Shown piece after piece: positions 38,438-52,764 of a stretch of 64,000 nucleotides of DNA (positions within the stretch are counted from its first letter, which is position 1; every line of letters starts with the position of its first letter). The notes under the pieces are model-generated. The model had not been told where the DNA came from. It worked only from the letters and a program-made list of their open reading frames with translations, and ran no database searches. The stretch comes from Lama guanicoe (Eukaryota): the NCBI GenBank assembly GCA_013239625.1, contig MU054187.1, positions 24,058,433 to 24,122,432 of the forward strand. Reading direction: 5' to 3'. The translations under genes were made by a program, and so were the position numbers.

Positions 38438-41400
38438 TTTTATTTAATTGAAGTACAGTCAATTGCAATGTACCAATCTCTGGTGTACAGCACAATGTCT
38501 CAGTCATGCATATACATACATATATTTTTTCATATTTTTTCCATTAAATGTCATTACAAGATATTGAACATAGTTCCCTGTGCTATACAAAAGAAAAATT
38601 TTAAATCTATTTTTATATATGGAGGCTAACATTTGTAAATCTCAAACTCCCAAATTTATCCCCTCCCACCCCCTTTTCTCAGAATCATCATTTACTAAGT
38701 CTGCAAGTCTTTTTCTGTTTTGTAGATGAGATCATAGTGGCTTTTTTGTTTTTTCTTTTATTTTAGATTCCACGTATGAATGATATCAATGGTATTTTTC
38801 TTTCTCTTTCTGGCTTACTTCATGTAGAATGACAATCTCTAGATCCATCCATGTTGCTAAAAATGGCATTATTTTGTTCTTTTTTATGGCTGAGTAGTAT
38901 TCTATTATATAAATATACCTCAACTTCTTTATCCAGTCATCTGTCACTGGACATTTAGGTTGGTTCCATGTCTTGGCTGTTGTATATAATGCTGCTATGA
39001 ACATTGGGGTGCATGCATTTTTTGGAATTAAGGATCCCTCTGGATATATGCCCAGGTGTGGGACTGCTGGATCATCTGGTAAGTCTATTTTTAGTTTTTT
39101 GAGGAATCTCCATATTGTTTTCCATAATGGCTGCACCAAACTACATTATTACCAACAGCGTAGTCGGGTTCCCTTTACTCCACACCCTCTCCAGCATTTA
39201 TCATTCATGGACTTTTGAATGATGGTCATTGTGACTGGTGTGAGGTGATATCTCATTGTAGTTTTGATTTGCATTTTTATGATAATTAGTGATACTGAGT
39301 ATTTTTTATAAGTCTATTGGTCACTTGTATGTATTCATTGGAGAAATGCTTGTTTAGGTATTCTGCCCATTTTTGGATTGTGTTGTATTTTTTTGTTGTT
39401 GATATTAAGTTGTATGAGCTGTTTATATATTCTGGAAATTAATCCTTTGTCAGTTGTATCATTTACAATTATTTTTTCCTACTCCATAGGTTGTCCTTTT
39501 GTTTTGCTTATGGTTTTCTTTGCTCTGCAAAAGCTTATGAGTTTAATTATGTCCCATTTATTTATTTTTGTTCTTGTCGACACTGCCTGGGTAGACTGCT
39601 CTAGGAGCACATTGCTAAGATTTACGTCAGAGAATGTTTTGCCTATGTTTTCTTCTTGGAGGCTTATTATGTATTGTCTTATATTTAAGTCTTTAAGCCA
39701 TTTTTAGTTTATTTTTGTGCATAGTGTGAGGGAGTGTTCTAACTTCATTGATCTACATACTGCTATTCAATTTTCCCAACACTACTTGCTGAAGAGATTG
39801 TCTCTTCTCCATTGTATATTCTTGCATCCTCTGTCAAAGATTAATTGACCATACATCTGTGGATTTATTTCTGGGCTCTCTATTCTGTTCCATTGATCCA
39901 TATGTCTGTTGTCATACCAATACCATGCTGCTTTGATTACTGTAGGTCTGTAGTATTGTCTGAAGTCTGGGAGGGTTATTCCTCCAGCTTCATTCTTTTT
40001 CTTCAATATCGCTTTGGTAATTCTGGATCTTTCGTGATTCCATATAAATCTTAGGATTGTTCCAGTTCTGTCAAAAAAATGTCTTGGGGAATTTGATAGG
40101 GATCACATTAAATCTATAGATTGCCTTGGGCAATATGACCATTTTAATGATACTGATTCTTCCAATCCAGGAGCATGGGATATCTTTCCATTTCTTTACG
40201 TCTTCTTTATTTTCCTTAGTCAGTGTTTTGTAGTTCTCCATGTATAAGTCTTTCATCTCGTGGGTCAGATTTATTCCTAAGTATTTTATTGTTTTAGATG
40301 CAATTTTAAAAGGGATTGTTTCTTTACTTTCTTTTCCTATTGAGTCCTTGTTAGTGTAAAGAAATGCAACTGATTTTTGTACATTAATCTTGTATCCTGC
40401 TACCATGTTGGATTCTTTTATTAACTCTAGTAATTTTTTTGTGGAGTGGAGCTTTTAGGGTTTTCTAGATATAGTACCATGTCGTCTTTATACAGTGACA
40501 ATTTTACCTCTTCTTTTCCAATTTGGATCCTTTTATATATTTTTCTTGCCTGACTGCTGTGACTAGGACTTCTAAGACTATGTTGAATAGAAATGGTGAG
40601 AGTGGGCAACCTTGTCTTGTCCCAGATTTTAGTGGAAAAGTTTTCCATTTTTCACTGTTGAGTACTATGCTGTCTGTAGATTTATCATAAATAGCCTTTA
40701 GTATGTTGAGATATGTTCTCTTTATACCCATTTCAGTAAGAGTTTTTATCATAAATAGGTGTTGAATTTTATCAAATGATTTTTCTGCATCTATTGAGAT
40801 TATCATGTAGTTTTTGTCCTTTCTTTTGTGGATGTGATGTATCACATTGATTTGCCTATGTTGAACCATCCTTCTGTCCCTGGGATGAATCCAATTTGAT
40901 CATGGTGTATGATATTTTTTATGAGCTGTTGCATTCTGTTTGCTAATATTTTGTTGAGGATTTTTGCACCTATGTTCATCAATGATATTGGCCTGTAATT
41001 TTCTTTTTTTGATAATGTCTGCCTGGTTTGGTTATCAGGGTGATGGTGGCTTCATAGAATGAGTTTGGGAGCACTCCCTCCTTTTCAATCTTTTGGAAGA
41101 GTTTGAGAAAGAGCAGCATGAGTTCTTCTTTGCATGTTTGGGAGAATTCCCCAGTGAAGCCATCTGGTACTGGACTTTTCTTTGCAGGGAGGTTTGTTTA
41201 TTGTTAATTCTATTTCATTTCTAGTGATCAGTCTGTCCAAATGGTCAATTTCTTCTTGATTCAGTCTTGGTGGACTGTATGTTTCCAGAAACTTGTCCAT
41301 TTCTTCTAGGTTTTCCAGTTTGTTTCCATATAGTTGTTCACAGTATTGTTTTAAGATATTTTGTATTTCTGTGGTATTGGTTGTAATTTCTCCATTTTCC

Positions 41401-43323
41401 TTTCTTTTTGATGTTTCAATTTTTAATTGAGTTATATTCAATTTTTTTGCATGAACTACATTTTTCTATCCTCTCACCTTCAACCTATATGTGGCCTTCT
41501 CCCTCAAGTTTCAATTTACTGTTTAAATAATTTTCTGTCTCTATTCATAATCTTTTAGTGCTCTGATCACTCCTTTTTTGAAATCATGATCTAGTAGCCT
41601 ATCAAGGTCTATTTCACTGATCATTCTTTCAGGGGATTTCTCTTGTTCTTTTAATTGGGAGTGGTTTCTCTGCTTCTTTATTTTACTTCTATCTCTCTGG
41701 CACTATGGATTATGGAGTGTCAGTTACCTACTGTGGTGTTGAAAGGGTTTTTTTTTTTTTAAAGAGGATTCAGAAGTAAAAGTTGAAAACAAACAACAAA
41801 ACAAAACAACCACATCAAAAGATAAAAAGAAAAATTAAAAAGTAAAAAAACTTAAAAATTTAAAAAATAAAAATTAAAAAAACAAAGTAAAATAAATAAA
41901 AAATTAAAAAATTAAAATAAAAAACAAATTATTTTCTTAATTTAAAATTTAGAAAGAAAAAAGATTTTAAAACAGATTACAATAGCAGAACAAAACAAAA
42001 ACAAATTAAAAAAAGAAAAATTAAAAACATTGAAAAAGAAAAAAATGTTAAAGATTAAAAAGTAAAAATAATTAAAAATTAAAATCAAAAAAGAAGAAAT
42101 AAAAGAAAAAAAAGAAGAAAGAAAGAAAAAATGGAGGATGTGTTCCTGTGTGGACTTTGTGCTCCTAGTAGTTTTGTCCTGAGGTCTGTTTTAAGAATGG
42201 ATGGTTGCCAAGTCTTCCTTCCTTGTCTTTTGGTTGTTATCCTTTTAATTGGGGTTTGGCCTGTGTTGTGGTGGCAGAACCTGCCTTGCTATTGATCAAG
42301 GCCTCGTTTTGGTTCTGTGGTTGTCCCTGCTCCTGCCCTCATCCTGATGAGTAAACTCTGCTAGCTCATTCCAGAGGCCCGTGAGTCACCCTACTCAGTG
42401 CCATGTCATCGCTCCATAGGCAGGCTCACAGAAAATGGCCACACCAGCCCTCATCCCTGCTGTGTGCCAGAACTCCACTCCTTGCTCCTTTGTCTTAGAG
42501 GCAAGCATCCATAAAGGCACAAAAGCAGAATGGTCCCCTCTGCCTGATGCTGTAAACAAATCTCAGTCCTGCTTATGAGATTGCAGAGCCCCTGGGTAAG
42601 GATTCAGGTTTCAACTTGGCCTCCACCTGGGAGCCACATACCAGCTAATATGGTGGCTGTGGCCAAGACCTGCCTCTCTTCTCCTGAGAGCTAGTCAGCA
42701 ATGGTGCCACAGGTCTGCGGAGACAGACTACAGAGCCCCTACCCCCAGTGCACACCAGCAGTGTTGCTTTGTTCTTTTTCCCTTAAATGGGGGACCCAGG
42801 CTGCTCTGTTCCATATACCCTCCCAGCCACAGTGCACAGGACACTCCACGTCCCCTGAGGCTGCCACTGTACCATCATTCCCAGTCCTCTACCTGGCTCA
42901 GGTGGCTTGTCCCATCCCACCCCCACCAGCTCATGTCTAGGGATGGGGGTTGCAAGGACCCTTTGTGCCTGTTTCATTTAGTTCTGTCAGTCAAGGGCTG
43001 TTTCATACAGATCCAAGCCTCACAGGTTCCCCCTCCACCCCACTGACCTCTCCATTGGAGAGGGAGAGACCCAGTGTACAAGTGCTATTCCTCCTTTGCC
43101 TCTTCCTTTCTGCAGGACTGGTCCCACAGTAAGTTCCTTTTTCTTCTTTTTTCTTTTTGTCCCACCAGACTTGTGATGAATTTTGTCTTTTGAAGAAGGC
43201 AATGTTCTGTTAAAGTTCAGCAAGTGTTCTGAGTGAATGGGTGAGTGTGTGGATGTCTCTCTTGGTGTATTCGTGGGAGAGGGTGAGCTACAGTCCTTCT
43301 ACTCTGCCATCTTGGCCACTCCC
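38438..43323 (-). mobile_element. Camelid-type L1 with both ends and a TSD, internally deleted (most of ORF1 and EN missing)
   Basis: TSD ctgagtttgattttcttt at 38420-38437 and 43324-43341. 5' end GGGAGTGGCCAAGATGGCAGAGTAG. ORF2 peptides in minus ORFs 41085-41441, 40504-40869, 40071-40406, 39782-40006 and 38786-39139. The ~1.6-kb 5'UTR includes a T-rich tract (A-rich on plus, 41780-42130). Confidence 0.97.
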
Positions 43324-44077
43324 CTGAGTTTGATTTTCTTTGAATCATATACAGATATGACTTGGGATTAAGTTAAAAGGTAATTTTGGTTATTTACCAT
43401 AAATATAACACATTTTAATCTTACTTAAATAGAAGGAATCATACAATTTAGCAATATGATGGCATAATGACAGGTAGTTTGCCTCCCTTCTTACATGCAT
43501 AAGTCATCCCAAATGAAAATTCCTCTTTCTTAACTGATATTTCACCAATATTATTTCTTATTATTAGTTTTGGTAAAGCTTCAGAAGCTTATTTATAAAA
43601 TAATTTATGTAAAAATTAACTCAATTGGTCAACTCACTGGGGCATTCTTTTAAAAACTTGCTTCTCAAGGACTATATGCTATTTGTCAGTAACTCAGTCA
43701 AATGTTAGCAATGAAACTACTTGGGAAAAGTATGGGCAATTCAGGAAGTTTTCACCAATTCTGACCAGTATTAAAGGATCCGATACGGTTGACCCAAATC
43801 ACTTCTAATATTCTTCCTTTTAAAGAAATGTTTTCCATAATAGGATTACAGAAATGAAAATTACACTCAATTACAGCTCAAACTTTTTTTGATAATTCTG
43901 AGCAAGTCCTCAGAAACAGATCTTGACTGAGACAGACTCAGTCCTTATCAATGGAACTGTATGTCTTGGGAGATTTTACACTCTCCATAGGAGAAATGGT
44001 AATAAGCAAGTTAACCTGATTCTCAGGTTCCTTCCAATATCCTTAGAATAAAAAGGGCTATCACTTCAAGGAATCCT

Positions 44078-44209
44078 GGGAGGGAAAGTTATACCTCAAG
44101 TTGTAAAATGCATCTAGGTATGCATGAGGCCCTGAGTTCAATCCCCAGTACCTCCATTAAAATAATTAAATCAAAAGCCTAATTACTTCCACCTCCCCGC
44201 CAAAAAAAA
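44078..44209 (+). mobile_element. Camelid tRNA-derived SINE (Vic-1-like)
   Basis: Degenerate A box 'tacctcaagttg' and B box 'gagttcaatcc', then 'ccagtacctccattaaaataattaaa...cctaattacttccacctccccgccaaaaaaaa', matching the recalled Vic-1 structure. Confidence 0.88.
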
Positions 44210-44261
44210 GACAAAACACTGCCAGATAACCCAGATTGTTTTTCAGATGATATTAGAAAAT

Positions 44262-44470
44262 GTATTATACATTGAGGGCTATTATGTGCTTTTATATGTT
44301 GGTGTATATATGTATTTGTATTACATAAATATAAATAAATAAAAATATAAATATAAATATACTCCTGCTCACTGAATCCTTACAATAACCTTGGAAATAA
44401 TGCATTACCCCCACATTAAAGTGGATAGAAAGAACCTAGAATCAGTTTTACCAAGGGCAAGGAAAGTGGC
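44262..44470 (-). mobile_element. MIR fragment with AT-rich expansion
   Basis: 'ctcactgaatccttacaataaccttggaaataatgcattacccccacatt...taccaagggcaaggaaagtggc'. Confidence 0.6.
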
Positions 44471-45143
44471 CATTGATATTATTTGGAAAATTCACTAGGC
44501 TCCAGTGAAAAAACTTCTGAGCCTTTTCAAAAATAGGTTTAAACCCTGTCTCTACCACATCCCAACTGGGAGGCCCAAACAGAGAAAAAAGTAATTTTAG
44601 GGAAGGATGCCCAGAGTAACTGACATTTGAGAAGAACAGGTCACAGAACATCTGTTCAAAATCAATGTGCATAACACCTGGCAGAAAAACTCACTGGGGA
44701 TTAAAATCTCTTTAGAAAAATTTCAGCAAAATGTCATTTATGAGCTGTTTTCTTCTATCTCAACTCCATGGCAATAGGGATTCTGGCAATGTCAAAATAA
44801 GCACAGCTTTCAACCAATATTAAAATTGAATTTTTTGTCAATTACACATATTTGGAAGCTAATATTTTAACGTGGCTTCTGACCACAATAGCAGCTCCCT
44901 CACTGGTAGATGAATGTTTCCAAGAAGAAATTTCTTTGAAATCTTTTCATTTTTATTGTCTAATCTACCTCCAATTATCATTTTCTCAAAAATGCAGATG
45001 TTGGCATGCACTTGATCTTAATTGTTGACAATTTTAGATGGGGCATTTTCCCTATGAATTTTAGCTGCTCAATATACTACATGTATAAATAAATACATAT
45101 ATGCGTGTGTGTGTGTATTCCAAAATAGTTGATTTTTGCTTCC

Positions 45144-45613
45144 TGTTCCAACTAAAAATTGGCACTTGCTATCTACCTCTGCTTGGGTTAAATTGTGAGC
45201 TGCTGCAGCCACGGACCTCCAACACACCTAGAAAGGAGTTCAGGGTGGAGGTCAGGTATGAGGTGCTCTGTGCTCCAGGAAAACTGGCAGAGCAGGCCTT
45301 CAGATAATTAGATATTCTCAGAAGATGTTATGAGTCCAGATTCTTGTGTCTCCTCATATCTAGAAAAGCACTGAAGTCATTAATGGTGGCACCTGCTCCT
45401 CATGACCGGCAGCAAGCCTCTGCCTAAGCGTGTGCTTGACTGCAGGTCCCCCTTTACTAAACTCATGTGATACTGAATCCCTCCCCCCGCCCCACGTGGG
45501 CGCAGTTCCTCAGAGCTATCTGAGATGCTTTCTCCCAGGTGATCATCCTCATTTTGCCCCAAATAAAACTTAACCCACAACTCTTGCATTGTGTAATTTT
45601 CTTTCAGTCGACA
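45144..45613 (+). mobile_element. Solo ERV1-class LTR (cetartiodactyl type)
   Basis: TGT...ACA ends, AATAAA at ~45562, and a U5 'cttaacccacaactcttgcattgtgtaattttctttcagtcgaca'. Confidence 0.9.
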
Positions 45614-46929
45614 CTGGATTGGTTTTTGGAATATTCCTATTGTTCCACTGCCACCACTACTGACAAAAGGCAAAAATACAGTGCTTCTTTCCCAGCAGCC
45701 ATGAGCAACTTGAGAATAATGATAATTTTGATTCTCTCAGTACTCGCTCTACAAAAACTGCTAAATAAATGTTTCCTAGATGACTCAATAGCCCATCACT
45801 ATTGATATTGATGAAGGTCATCAGTAAATTACACTGTTGATGGTTATCTATTAAACACAAAATAATATAGAAAACTGAATACGAGAGCACCAACCACTGA
45901 AAACCCTGGGGTCAGACTGTAAGCACAGTTGGGCATTTGGCATAGATTTGAGAGGTGTGTGTTTCTGTGTCCCACTTTTCTTATCAGCAGCTTTCTTGTT
46001 TTATGGTATCTCCGCTTTTTTTTCCCTGAGAAGAAAATCACGGTGCAATCTTAGAGTCTGGCCTTAGTTTTCCTTAGAAATTAACCAATTTGTGTATATT
46101 CACTCAAGGTCTTTCCTTTATAAGCATTGTAAGGGAAAAAAAATCTAATTCATGTTGAAATTTTAAAAGTAGAAAGTAACTTTAGTTTACTGTCTCAGAG
46201 ATAGTATTTGTATTCATCAGGGAACTAAGGAAACTTGAATCCTTTTAAGTGAAAATGGAATTTTTGAGTGAAATTTCTGGCACCACCTCCACCTCAAAGA
46301 AGCATATTCCAGGAGGAGTTAGTACAAGTATTATACCTCTAATTGCTTGTCTGGTAAACCAAAGCTCTGCAAGTAAAGACTTATAGTGTAAGCAATTTTT
46401 CTATATTCAACCTAATTTCATGCTAGACATCGTTTATCTTACAAGCAATAAGTTTGTGTTAGCCACTATAACAAAATAAATCAGAAAAATATGTAAGGGT
46501 CTCTGAAAAGAGAGAGGCTATCATAATGCCTATTATATTGTACAAATGTACAAATAAAATGAGCAACAAAAATAAGAAGAGAGTAAATTTTTACTATGAT
46601 CCATCTCTGATCAGTAATTTGTATTATATTTTCTGAAGTGGATATTCTGATTTTAGACTAAAAAAACACCATTGAAAATACCGAATAATGGGCCTTATTT
46701 CTTTGGAGTAAGATCATATAAACGTCAGATCTTTCCTAGTATTATTTTGAAAATTAAATGGACAATAGGCAATAGTTTGTAAGCTATGACATATGTAAAT
46801 GTGATGTAATCTTTTTTTTTTTATTCAGTTCAGTTATTTTCCTAAAAGGAGACTAGAGAATGAAATGTCCAAATCTGGAGTACTCTATTGCATACCCCAT
46901 GGTTTGGGCAGCTCATGACCAAATGTCCA

Positions 46930-47135
46930 CATGTGGTTAAAAACACAGGACACAAAGTCAAATGGCTTGAGTCAGAATCCCAGGTCTGGTTACTACTTAA
47001 ATTTTCTATTGCCTGTGGACAAGTTACTCTATACCTCAGTTTTATGATATTAAATGCAGATGCCAAAACCTCTCATATGAATTCTCTGAGGAATTAATAA
47101 AATAACATATAGAGAGAATTTGGCATGTGGTAATT
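46930..47135 (+). mobile_element. MIR SINE
   Basis: 'gtggttaaaaacacagga...gagtcagaatcccaggtctg...gtggacaagttactctatacctcagtttt'. Confidence 0.8.
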
Positions 47136-47829
47136 GTAAGACAAAGAATAGATCTTAATTATCATAAATGTGTATCTCTATTGCTTGTAAGTTTTCTTGT
47201 CTCTAATTTCTGTGTACATTTTCAATACACACATATTCAATATAAAATCATCTTTTGACTCATTAAGATATTAATGCTAAAATCTTTAAGGAAATACACA
47301 ACTACAGTGTGTGTGTGTATGACAGAAAGATCATTATAAATACACAGGCTTAATGATATTCAATAGAATAAAAAATAATGCAATGGATTTGTAATAAGAG
47401 CTTTGGATTAAAAAGCGACTTTTAACAATTGAGGGAATGCTTCACAACAAATTACAATTGATTTTTCCTGCCACAACCCACCAGGTCACTGAAACATAAA
47501 TGAGAGGGAGGCTCCTTCTGGGAGGCCAATGATTTTTCTATGTCTCTCTTGTGGTACTTGTCACTTCCAGTCTTATTTTACATTTTCCTTTATGCCTCCT
47601 TAATGCTAAGTTCTCGGCAGCTTTGGTTTACATCTGATTTGCCTTTTTATCTGCCCCAGTTCTTAGCATATTGAGAACATCTATAAATATTCAAGTAGTA
47701 ACTGAGAAATCAGAGCACTATTGACTTGTTCATTTATTATGGAGCTTCTCAAACAGAGAAGAGAGAAAAGAGGCCTCACCTCTCAATAAGCTCTCTTCAA
47801 AAATAAGATATAAAGTTAAGAATCAAGGA

Positions 47830-48850
47830 AACCTTTTGAAGCAAAACAGGAAAATGTAGAGGCTATAGAGAAAAAGAAAAGGCATATTTGACTGCATAAA
47901 AAAAATGGAAGTTTTTTGTATGGCAAAAACACACAACTAACAAAAAACATTAGAAGAGGGATAATTGGAAAAAATAGCTGTTTATGTAACAGATGAATCT
48001 GTATCTGCAGTATACAGAGACCTTACAATGTATAGGAATACAAGACAGTGAAATAGGCAACAAAGCTGAAAAGGTAATTCATGGATTAGGAAAGGGCTCA
48101 GCTTCAATAATAATTAGTAAAATGCAAATTAAAGTAATTATGGGATATCACTTTACCATGGAGATTGGTAAAAGATAAAATGCTAACACTAACTACTAAC
48201 AGAATATAGAGGAATTACGCTGTCATATATTGCCAGTAAAAATAAGATTCATGACAGCTTTGGGGAAAATAAATCTAGTAATATCTCCAAAAATTAAAAA
48301 TACACATAACTTTCAACCCAATAATCTCATTCTTAAAATAGAGGTCATAAAATTAAAGTGCTGTCACATATGGGAGCAGGGAAGTTTACCACAACAAAGT
48401 TGTAGGGACAAAACAAACAGAACAAAAAACCTAGAAGTAAGTTGAAAGCTACCAAAAGGGAAATAGTTTAATAAATTAGGAAATTTTCACACCAAAGATG
48501 GTTTATAACTATACAAGTTAGCTTGAAATAGGTCTATAATATATTTGAAGTGACAAAAGCAATACGGAGATAAATATGTTATAATATGGAACAATTTACA
48601 TGAAGCAATGTAAGCAAGAAATATATCTATATTTGTATATATAAAAGATTATCTGAGCATGTTTTAAAAAAGCAGTGGAAGTAAATGTACCAGACTATTT
48701 ACACTAGTTTTCTGTAGTGGATGGGGAAAAAAGGCTGAGATAAGAAAACCATGATAAAGCATTTGTTTTTGTGGAATATACATCTAAATGCTGTCTGCAC
48801 AATATAAGCAGGATGATTAGACTGTTTTGAAATAAAAATTTTAAATATTT
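47830..48850 (+). mobile_element. Ancient L1ME 3' region
   Basis: 'atatttgactgcataaaaaaaatggaagttttttgtatggcaaaaac' and 'aaaatgcaaattaaagtaattatgggatatcactttaccatggagattgg' (MQIK..M.YHFT). Confidence 0.75.
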
Positions 48851-49034
48851 GAAGTGTGAAAGGGCTCAATCAAGATACAGATTTTGAAAGAGTGTATTCA
48901 ACATTCACATTATCCTCAGGAAATACCCAGATCCTACTGGATATATATATACACAGGATATCCGAATAAATTTCTAAACTGTGCCAAAAAAATGATCTCG
49001 ATGTTCAGAAGCCCTAAGGCAACACCACTTATCT

Positions 49035-49035
49035 A

Positions 49036-49070
<35 letters not shown>
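49035..49070. repeat. (CA)n microsatellite
   Basis: Directly visible. Confidence 0.95.
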
Positions 49071-50559
49071 CACAGTTTATTTATGCCTTTTTGTAAACAC
49101 TGGAGCAACATGAGCCAGTTGTCTGCCTCCATGGGAGGTTAGTTTTTCCTCTGGAGTAAGAGTGATCAATTGAACTTGATTTATATTTCACCACCTCCAG
49201 TCCACACTGTCACACTCATCTTCCTTGTCTGGGTACTAGGTTCTGTAATGTAACGTGACAGGAGACACCTGGAGTTTAACTCTGGACAGATTTCTACAGC
49301 AATGGGTTAGACAGGGAGACTAAGGAATCTCTCTTATTCCCATCTGTCTACAGCTACAAATAACCCCCAAATGCAAGACTCAATTTTCGAAGGGTACAAA
49401 ATATGTGTCGGACTATCTTACAATAGGAAGAGGGGAGTGGGTAATGAATTACAAGCAATGGAGAGCTATTTGTTGGGTGTTTCTCCCCATTAAATTTTCT
49501 GAGACAGCTTCTTGCCTAAAACACTCACAAATATCACAGTAAAATGTGCTGACAGCATGGACAGAACAGCGTTTACTCCATTGTCTTACAGTAAGCCTTA
49601 TTAAGTATTTTCAAGTGAGATAATAATTGCCTCTTTTCTGTAGCTAATTGTAAATGTGGACAGAAAGATCAAGAAAATTGTTGAACACAGTCTAAGCACC
49701 ACTACCATTCCATCATCTCCGGTATTTAAACCTCAACGTGGCAAATCTTTCACAAAGCATACAGAAAAAAGTGCCCCCAAAAAAGACTTTTTTTTTTTAT
49801 GCTCCACTGAATGAAACTAGAATAAATCAATTTCTTAGGCAACAGAACACTATTTGAATACTGAAATCTCAAAGGAATAAAGAAATCTAAATAAAATCAA
49901 CTCATCATAACCCATGCCAGTAGAGGAAAATAACACATGGGTAATCAATATTACAAATGAGCACATATCATTTGAATGTCAGGAATTTTTTTCCATAGAG
50001 TTAACACTGGTATGGAAAATTATATCTGCACGTACCAGCATATGTATTTGGGCATGCACACACACACGTTCCGTGACAAGGTATTGAGAGGTTGGTGGAA
50101 GTCACTTTGGAAAGTAAAATCTGCTGTAAATAATACATATGAATAGTAATGAATAAATTCTCATTTCCATTTCTATTAAATAAATTCCTATGAAATGTAG
50201 CAATTTAACTTAAAACAATTAAAAGTAATGTGATATTTAAAAGGTAGCTTTCATGAATATTTGAATGAAGGGAAATGGATATACTCAACACTGTATACAT
50301 TTCAAACTTGTGGGTGAGGTGTTTCTACTTATGCTCACTTCATTTCTTGACATCATGAAGTAACCCTCAGGAAAGGAGAAAAACTCTAAGAAGCCATATT
50401 TTTTTACAAAACGCACTGACTATCACAAAGTCACTGGGACACATGGAATGTAATAGCACTGGTCTATAGACATACCTCTCCCCCCACACATACATACACA
50501 CACAAACACAATAGATTTCTTCATCAATAGAGTTGCAGAATAAATCATTGAAGATAACA

Positions 50560-51190
50560 CACAACCAGAGTCTAGAGTTGGGATCAGTCACTTTCTCACT
50601 GCCACTTCCAGGAGAGTATCTGGACTGTCTAGAAAACACTTTGGTTGAATCATAATCCATCTTTATCAGTTCTCAAGACACTGACATATAACACACAATC
50701 ATCCTCTTTACCCCAAACTCATGTTGGGTGACTTTAATGTCCAAGTTAACGATCAATCCAATAGATAGTTTTTACGTTTCTTAATCTCATGTCTAATGAT
50801 TTTTATTTCTGTATCACTTGAGCCAAATTTCTTTCATCCTTATCCTTTCCAGATACAACTTTCAGGAATATCTGACATTGTTGACGTACTCCCTCTCTTT
50901 CCTTGGCTTTTATAACTATACTAATTTCTTTTGACTTCTCTGATCATCTCTTTCTAGTCTCCTTTACATAAGGCATCTTTGCTCTTTTTTTTTTCTTACC
51001 CATCCCTTAAATGTCTCTGTTCCTCGAGGCTCTAATCTAGCTCCTCTGTTTCCCTTAAGAGATGTCACCTACTAAAAATTACTGTCTGTATGCTATCCAG
51101 CCCAAAGCCTAGTCCAAACTTCTCCTGTGAGCTCTACATTTATATATTGTATTTCTTTGAATCCAAAATTCTACGTAGTTTAAGATTCAC
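50560..51190 (+). mobile_element. L2 fragments
   Basis: 'tgggtgactttaatgtccaagttaacgatc', 'tctgacattgttgacgtactccctctctttccttggctttt', 'catcccttaaatgtctctgttcctcgaggctct'. Confidence 0.65.
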
Positions 51191-51864
51191 TGTTATTTTG
51201 TCTATAACTTAAAAAGTGTCTTCCAAATAACCATGCTGAAGCTTTCTTAATATTTATTATACTTATTAATATACATTTTAGATTTATTTATTAAATATTT
51301 ATTACTTACCAATGTTGAGCATATGTCAAAAATTTCTGGTGAAATTAATTGATTAAAGGATCCTAAAACATCTTTATATGAAGGACACTTCCAAATCATA
51401 TTTACACAATCACCAATGTCTGAGTTTTCCACACATCATCTTTTGTACTATCAAAATTATTAGAAATACAGAATGTCTAAGTGCTCCAGCATTATTTCAA
51501 AAATATCTTCCAGACTGCTGACACCAGTATTCCAAGTTTGATGATGACACAGTCTAGAACTTCAAAGAAGATGCCTTTAAACAGTTCTTAAGGCAGTCAG
51601 TGACCAGAATTTGTATCCCTATCACATGTGGCCCCTACATGTTTTGTCATCTGAAACATTACAGGATTGCAGATGTCCTGTCATAGCAGTAGGAACTAAG
51701 TTCAGTACACCAGGAATGACAACTACAATGAAACTGTTGCTTGAGCGAGTGTAATTCTAAGATGTCATTGATTGAGACGCATTCCAATAACAAAAATGGA
51801 AAAATTTCCATAACATAGATCTTAAAGTCACTGAAATATTTATCTGCTTTTTCTACCTTTCTCC

Positions 51865-52150
51865 TTAGCATCATATTGGAAATTACCACACAAAACCTGC
51901 TCCTCCACCAATGCTCCCTATCATAATAAATCATTCCTTCATCCACTCAAACGTTCAAATGAGAAACCTGTATCTTTGGTTTCTTTTTCATGTTCTTTAT
52001 GTTCTATTCAGCCTCTTGATGATAACTGGAATGAACTGCTTTCTGCATATTTCTTCTTCCACAATTCAATTCCAGAACATCCTTGTCTCTCTCTGACTAA
52101 CTTAGTGTCTCTTAAAGACTCCCTTTCTCCAGCATTGTTTTCTCTCTAAT
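51865..52150 (+). mobile_element. L2 fragment
   Basis: 'caaaacctgctcctccaccaatgctccctatcataataaatcattccttcatccactca...agaaacctg'. Confidence 0.65.
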
Positions 52151-52764
52151 TCAAAGTTCTTATTTATAATCACCTTATTAATATTCATATTTCAAATGTA
52201 ACAAAATAAGGCTAAAATAAGTTATTTCCTTAAGAATTTCCCTTTATTATTTTAAATACTGTGCTTATTTTGCAAAGTAGAAATTTTTTTTAAATGGAAG
52301 ATAAGGGATAAATAAAGCTAGTACATGAGAATGAATGTGAGGAAATTCTGTAGAGTGGTTAGAGAAAGATCAAAGCTTTAATGCCAACTTCTCTGTAGTT
52401 GTAAGAAGAGAGAAAAACATAGTCCTAAAATGTGCAAAGAAAAAAAGTGAGGTAAAACTAAAACACATGCTCAAGAGAAATTTATCTTTTTCTGTGGCTG
52501 AAATCTGAGAAAATTTTTCACATGGAGAGTTATAGAGGAGACAGGTATAATATTGTACAGAACCTCTTTCCCAATATTGTTAAAGTAAATTAAATGGTGA
52601 ATTATTTTCTTGTAATAATCTTCAGTGAGAGAAAGTGAAACAAAGTCTGATTCTAAAAGAAAACTTTGATAAGCTAAAATCATATTATAGAAGCTCAGAA
52701 CTTTTATATTATCTGAACTTATTCAAGAGTAAAATTTAGAATAGTCTGAGAATTAATTATGGAG

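Noticed and set aside
41780..42130. 350-bp A-rich tract resembling a giant poly(A) tail or separate insertion
   Set aside because: It lies between the GC-richer 5'UTR and ORF1 of the minus-strand L1 and is best read as the T-rich part of that UTR.
44078..44155. tRNA-like sequence with A and B boxes
   Set aside because: Degenerate and followed by the SINE-specific tail, so it is a Vic-1-like SINE head, not a tRNA gene.
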